DNA of 64,000 nucleotides, from the NCBI RefSeq assembly GCF_000372725.1, contig NW_005201392.1:537660-601659 (forward strand), written 5' to 3'. The position numbers were made by a program, and so were the translations under genes. The stretch is from Emiliania huxleyi CCMP1516. Taxonomy: Eukaryota. Of the stretch, positions 58,369-64,000 are shown one piece after another; within the stretch, counting starts at the first letter, position 1, and every line of letters starts with the position of its first letter. A model generated the notes under the pieces. It saw only the letters and a program-made list of their open reading frames with translations. It did not search any database and had not been told where the DNA came from.

Positions 58369-59825
58369 TGTACTTTTAGCTTACTGGGAGAAGAGACACA
58401 CCACGCGGAACGCATCTCCATCGCTTCGGTGAAGGGGGTGAACCGTGCCATCCTCGATCGCCGTGCAAAGCTCGCTTCCGAGCTCTCACGCCGCGCGTAG
58501 GGCCCTTAGGGGCCTAGAGAACACAACCCCCTCTCTCTTTTCTCCCAGTAAGCTATAAGTACGTACGTACTGGGAGAGAGAGACTTCGGTGAAGGGGGTG
58601 AACCGTGCCATCCTCGATCGCCGTGCAAAGCTCGCTTCCGAGCTCTCCTGAGGGAGGGTGTAGAGGATGTAGAGTGTAGAGCGCTGTAGAGCTGTAGAGC
58701 TGTAGAGCGCTCTGGAGTGCTGTAGAGCTGTAGAGCTCTACATCCGCCGCGGGACGAGGCGCGTGCGTTGTAGAGCGATGTAGAGCGCGATTTTGTTGTA
58801 GAGTTTGTTGTAGAGGCTCTACTCCAAACCGCCCCGGGAAGGCAGTGACTCAAAGAGGTCAAGTCGCACTAATGGGGTGTCTCCGAGCTTACTGGAGCCC
58901 CGATGGACGGCCCTGACTATCACTGACACACAGAGAGTCCCTCTGACGCGTGACGGCACACAACACCCTATAACTGCGTCATGACCAGCCTGCCATGCGT
59001 CGCCGGTGCCGCATTCATCGCAGTGCTTCTTTAGCAGGCGGTGGACTGTCGGCTGCGAGAACGGTCGCATATTTGCGCGAGGCGAGGCGAGCATTCAGAC
59101 GGGAGCTCCTGGCGAGCGCGTGCGGGAGCTCCTGGCTGAGCGTTGAGTCCAGGCGAGTTGTGCTGGCCACGATCGCTACGCCAAGCCGAGCTGACGCGCC
59201 GAGGCGCCGGCCAGTCGCAGCCGTGAGGCATGCCACAGCAGCAGAGGCACCTGCCACCCATTGGGCGGGCAGACAGAAGGCCAGGGCAGCACTGGCAAGT
59301 GCAACGCGCCTCATGTCGGAGAGCCAACGTGCCTCGTTCGCCGCTTACGATGTAGAGTTTGTTGTAGAGATTTCACGTTGTAGAGCGCCTCTACATCGCT
59401 CTACAACGCACGCGCCTCGTCACGCGGCGGATGTAGAGCTCTACAGCTCTACAGCGCTCTCCAGCTCTACAGCTCTACAGCGCTCTACACTCTACATCCT
59501 CTACACCCTCCCTCAGGAGCTCTCACGCCGCGCGTAGGGCCCTTAGGGCCTAGAGAACACAACCCCCTCTCTCTTTTCTCCCAGTACGTACTTTCTCTAT
59601 GTAGCTCTTACGAACATACCCGTTTTTTAGCTACTGGGAGAAAAGAGAGAGGGGGGTTGTGTTCTCTAGGCCCTCTCTCTCTCTCTACCCGTAGGTGAAC
59701 TGCTGACAGGGTTTGCGATGAGGAGCGATCCGAACGTTTTTCAATGTACAATGTATGTACGTACTTTTAGCTTACTGGGAGAAAAGGGAGAGGTGTTGTG
59801 TTCCCTAGGCCCCTAAGGGCCCTAT
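58369..59825. repeat. Composite repeat hosting the MITE: direct duplication 58423-58487 / 58584-58647 and direct and inverted copies of GGGCCTAG(A)GAACACAACCCCTCTCTCTTTTCTCCCAGTA
   Basis: Copies at ~58510-58550 and ~59546-59586 (+), ~59632-59673 and ~59773-59812 (-). Confidence 0.75.
58648..59516. mobile_element. Non-autonomous DNA transposon/MITE (869 bp) with long TIRs and an 8-bp target-site duplication (hAT-like TSD length)
   Basis: Ends CTGAGGGAGGGTGTAGAGGATGTAGAG... and ...CTCTACATCCTCTACACCCTCCCTCAG. TSD GAGCTCTC at 58640-58647 and 59517-59524. An empty copy of the target is at 58480-58487. Confidence 0.93.
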
Positions 59826-59993
59826 CTCTCAATGTATGTGGCTCTTGCGTACATTCCCGGAGGAGGACTTTTTTCACTTTTAACAAACATAAGGCGCGAT
59901 TAAAACAAAGAAAAATCCGGCACGCGACTGCACTGCTGCTTGCACTGCTGCTTGACGCTTGGCGCTCTCTAGAGCTGCAGAGGTGTGGCACGT

Positions 59994-61325
59994 ATGGAAC
60001 GATCCAAGCGAGTACGCCAGCCGACAGCCCGTGCCGAGGAGGCTGCGGCCGCAAAGGCGCGGAAGCAAGCGCATCACAGCCGGCCTGTTTCGGCCGATCC
60101 GGCCTCCGCCAAGCCGCCCACCACGCCAGCAGCCGTCATCTGGCCGGGCGGGAGCAGGTGGCGGCCGGGCACGGCCAACTGGGGCACTCGGAGCCCGCTG
60201 GCACATGGCTGTGGCAAGTGTCGCTGGAATGTTCTCGGATGTCGCGGCTGCATCGCCGCTGCCGCCGACTACGTGGCGCCCGCACCGCACGCCTTTGCGC
60301 CCGGTAGAGTGAGGCTGCCGGTTGCGGGCATCGACGCCGACTGCGACGCCGGCGGCGACCGCGACGACCGGATCCGCGGAGTGCAGGCGCTGTTGGATAG
60401 TGTGGCCGTGCAGTCAGACGGCGTGGCCGATTTAGACGGGTTCGGCGTCGTCGCCGTGCATCCAATCTCGCGCGGCACGCTGCTGCGCGATCCGTCCGTC
60501 GTCTTTGTGCCTCGGCGTTTTCGCAGCTGCTCCCTGCCGAGCACTGTGAGCAACGTCTCTTCACACCTCGAGTTCCTGTGAGCAGGCCCTCTGCGTACGC
60601 CGTCGCGCACCTTCCGCCGTACCCACACTCGAGCCGACGACGGGCGGCCAGCCGTTCTGCTCTCTGACCTCCCGCGGCTCTCGCCTAGGTACCACGCGCT
60701 CGAGCTCGGCAAGCAGGCGACGCTCTTTGACACTCTTTGACACTCTTTGCTCTTTCACGCTCTTTCACGCTCTTTCACGCTCCTTCACGCCCACACGCCC
60801 ATACTCCCGCACGCCCACACGCCCACACCCTCTCCAGCTGTCGCTGCCGCCGCACTGCCGCCCCCACACCCCACACCCCTGTTTCATCCCGACCCGCCTG
60901 ACGCCCGCCCCGCCCCGCCCCGCCCCGCCCCGCCCCGCCCCGCCCCGCCCCGCCCCCAGAGCTACCTCCGGCTGCGAGAGCCGGCATTCGGCCACGTCTC
61001 GCTCACCTACTTTGTCAACGAGGCCAACCACACCGCCCGCCCGCATGGCATGTGGCACAAACATCCCGACGGCTCCTGTCTGGGGACGAGCCCTTGTCCC
61101 GCACTGTTGAGTGTACCGAGCCTCCTTACCCTCCCTTCCGTTGCCTACCTTCCCCTACCTTAGGCCGGCCACGGCGGCCTGGCAGGCCCGCCCGCCAACG
61201 TGCGGTACAGGGTGTACCGACCGCGAGGAGGCGGCGCCGCGTACGGCTGCGGGCTCGAGGCGCTGTCCGACATCGCGGCGGGCGAGGAGCTGCTGGCGCG
61301 GTACGACCAGACGCTGAGGGAGTGA
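59994..61325 (+). CDS. Small divergent SET-domain protein with an N-terminal Cys4 motif
   Basis: GCGKCRWNVLGCRGC; DGFGVVAVHPISRGTLL (SET-N); LTYFVNEANH; ALSDIAAGEELLARYD (SET-C); stop at 61323-61325. Introns include 60515-60585 and 60619-60688. Confidence 0.75.
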
Positions 61326-61873
61326 TCTACCGAGTCTCAGTGCAGGGCTGGCTGCTGGCCCAGGTCGGCTGCGTGGTACGGGATACTCATTACTGATTAC
61401 TGTGGCGCGTTGTGGTGTCGCTCCAGTTCAACTCGGCAGTTCTCGCGCGCGCTGTGTCCGTCTCGCGGAGAGAGACACCCGACTGCCGACACCGGGGTGT
61501 AGGCCGTAGCCGAGACGCGAGAGAGGCCGCAGAGGGAGCGAGCGGCGCGAAGTACCCTGTGAAGTACCTCTCGTTTTACGACTCTCTCGTGCGAACTCTC
61601 TCCGACAGTACTCTAATCTTGCGCTCAGTCAATCCGCGCGCCTGGGGCGGAGGGGGCCGCTGGTCCCCCGGCTGTGGAGAGAGGATCGAGCTTAGACGTT
61701 AGAGTGAGGCGAGATAATATAAACCACGTTTCAATATTGACGCGCCACACGCACACTGGCAGCCGGCGGGCCGCACCCCATAACACATAACACTGTGGTG
61801 GAGCGGCTCGGGGACCTGGGTCCTGGACGTGCTCCAGAGAGCGAGCGTAGGTAAATGCGCGAGTTCTGACTGG

Positions 61874-62305
61874 TCACTTGACAATTCGCGAGCCAGGGAA
61901 ACACCAGCCGGCCGTCTCCGAGATGCGCTTCATCACGAAATTGGGCAGGAAGCGGCCAAATATCTTGTTCGCCATGTAGGCAAAGTAGCGATGTCGGCCG
62001 GCGACCGTGCCAAAGCTGACCAGCAGCGTGGCATAGATGGGCGACACGGCGACGAGTGAGGTGATGCGGTACGACCACGGCCCCTCGCGCATCGAGCCCT
62101 CGAGCCCGATGGTCCGCTTGAGCGCGGGCCGCACGAGCGCCACGCTCGTGGAGCCCGTGACGCCAAACACGCAGAAGGCGACCGCAGCCTCGGTCGGCGA
62201 CTCCCTCCACGACGGCCGCTGCTGCGTCGTCCACGCCCAGAAGCGGTCAGAGGCGCTGCCGCCGCCGCCCGCGGTGCACACGCGGCGCCGGGCGATGCGG
62301 AGCAT
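61874..62305 (-). CDS. Small membrane protein, DUF6787-like, with an organelle-targeting-like N-terminus
   Basis: FCVFGVTGSTSV...SPIYATLLVSFGTVAGRHRYF...KIFGRF resembles the VFAITGS...PIYQxLLxxxG pattern of that family; N-terminus MLRIARRR. Confidence 0.6.
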   Translation of the reverse strand: MLRIARRRVCTAGGGGSASDRFWAWTTQQRPSWRESPTEAAVAFCVFGVTGSTSVALVRPALKRTIGLEGSMREGPWSYRITSLVAVSPIYATLLVSFGTVAGRHRYFAYMANKIFGRFLPNFVMKRISETAGWCFPGSRIVK

Positions 62306-63269
62306 TGTCGACAAGTGGGCCGGGGGCGGTGGTGGTCAGTCGGCGCGAGCGCGAAAAAAGACGAGGTTTTTTTGCTTTCTTTTTTGAACTCAAGGTCGAA
62401 CTTTTCTGCGAATGCGTGGGAGGTGGTGCGCGATGGCGACGCCGCGAGTGCCGGTCGCGCCGCGGTCAAATGGGAGAGAAGGGAGAGGGCGTGTGTGTGT
62501 GTTGTTCTCTGTTGTAGGTATGTTGTTGGCAAAGCAAGACACAGAGCTCACACAAAATCACAGTGGGTGGTAAGCGAACGAGTCACTTAACAGGGGTCGA
62601 TTAGTGCGGGCCACCCTGTCCAGAGAGGCGGAGGTGCCTTTCTGGGTACTGGGATCTTGCGATCGAGTCTATGCAACCCTCGGCCACGCTCTCCTTTCGT
62701 GGCTGATAAGCATTCGCAGACCAGGCGATGGAGATGGCGGGGAGCACGGATGTGACTGCGCACCAAGGCGAGGGGGGCACGACACGCACCGACCCTTCAC
62801 GAACCGAAAGGCCGTGCCCGGCGTGCAAGGGGCACGGTAATCCGGCACGTGTTGGGCGCCCCATTCCGTTTAGGGCTAGGTCGGCTCAGGGCCCCGTCCA
62901 CTTCCCTCCCACTTGGCGCGTGATGATGAGGAGGTGCCACCCAGGCCAGCCAGGACAGGGGCGGGGGGCGAGGGCGGAGGGCGGGATGGGCGCCAAGCGG
63001 GAGGGAGCGGACGGAGTGGAACGCACAGATGGGCTTGGGGGATGGCGAGAAGGCGGAGGGGCAGGAAGGGGGGAGGGCGGCAGGAGGGCGGAAGTCGGCA
63101 TGGGCGAGCGGCGGGTGGTTCGGTTTTACAGGTGCTTTACCAGGTCCGACGCAGGTTCGGCACCCTGGCCGCACCCCGCCTCGGAGCTCTCGGTAACCAG
63201 ACCCTCCGCACGAGCTCACACAGCTCACAAATGTGTGCCGTCTCCCAAATACAAACCCCACCCTCTACT

Positions 63270-63524
63270 TGGAGCCGGGCAGCGCCTGCAGCGCGCGGGA
63301 GTGCTGCTCGAGCCCGCGGGCGTGCAGCGTCAGCTGCGAGCCGCCGATGGAGCGGGCCGTGTTGAGTACCGCCGTCTGCATGTCGCGCCGCAGCAGCGCG
63401 AGGGCCTCGCCGGCACCGGACGCCGCGTGGCTCGCCTTGGCCTTCGCCTCGACCTCGATCTGCTGCAGCGCGGGCAGCTTGCGCTTGTCGGCCTTGCCCT
63501 GCAGCTTGGTTAGCGACTGCGCGT
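63270..63524 (-). CDS. Exon of a hypothetical helical protein running out of the gap at 63525-63624
   Basis: Open frame AQSLTKLQGKADKRKLPALQQIEVEAKAK...LEQHSRALQALPGS with GC-rich third positions. Confidence 0.4.
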
Positions 63525-64000
63525 NNNNNNNNNNNNNNNNNNNNNNNNNNNNNNNNNNNNNNNNNNNNNNNNNNNNNNNNNNNNNNNNNNNNNNNNNNNN
63601 NNNNNNNNNNNNNNNNNNNNNNNNCGGAGCGAGGGGCGGCGCTGAGTGGAGCAGTAATGATATCGTTGGCCGAAGCCTCGTTCTCTAGGCCCCTAAAGTG
63701 TATGGCTGGACGTTTCCTTGGCACACACGTGTGGGCACTTCCTTAGGTAGGGTGTGACGGCGCCGGGCAAGTTTGCCAACAACTTCGGCGGGCGAAATCG
63801 AAGAAGGCCGTAAACACAGACCCTTTCCCATCAAGGAGTCATAGCAGGACTCGCCCTTACCGTCGAAACGCGTCCAGACAAGGGAAGCCCATCACTGGAC
63901 AAGGGAAGCCCGTCACCCAGCTCGACGACGCGCTCAGACATGCCCATCACCCAGCGCCGCCCCTCGCTCCGCAACGGCCGATGCTCTGCCGCCAGCACGC

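Overview
GC-rich, intron-rich eukaryotic genomic scaffold with five 100-N gaps. It is most consistent with a haptophyte alga such as Emiliania/Gephyrocapsa huxleyi (inference from a fucoxanthin-chlorophyll LHC gene, frequent GC donor sites, 10-11-nt tandem repeats and SPPP-rich secreted proteins). About 17 genes can be supported: ankyrin + 2OG-Fe(II) oxygenase, a frameshifted ankyrin-RING gene, HIBCH, a CS-domain protein, LHC, a DMT transporter, an NCS2-like permease, a methyltransferase fused to an unknown domain, two Cys/Pro-rich surface proteins, a cadherin-like membrane protein, an MFS transporter, a small SET protein and a DUF6787-like protein. There are also two MITEs and a ~3.8-kb inverted, probably allelic, contig. 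Two observations stand out. (1) One spliced minus-strand gene (12565 to ~5200) appears to join FHA, SET, a fused H2B-H2A histone doublet, five histone-H3-tail ARKS mimics, two SAM-like domains and a SLIP-GC/dynamin-like GTPase. (2) Many short introns (mostly 66-86 nt) begin with a near-copy of the start of the next exon, and a subset end in a shared ~38-nt module, which suggests an intron-generating duplication/insertion process that would explain the GC and GA donors. All domain and splice calls were made by eye; no searches were run.
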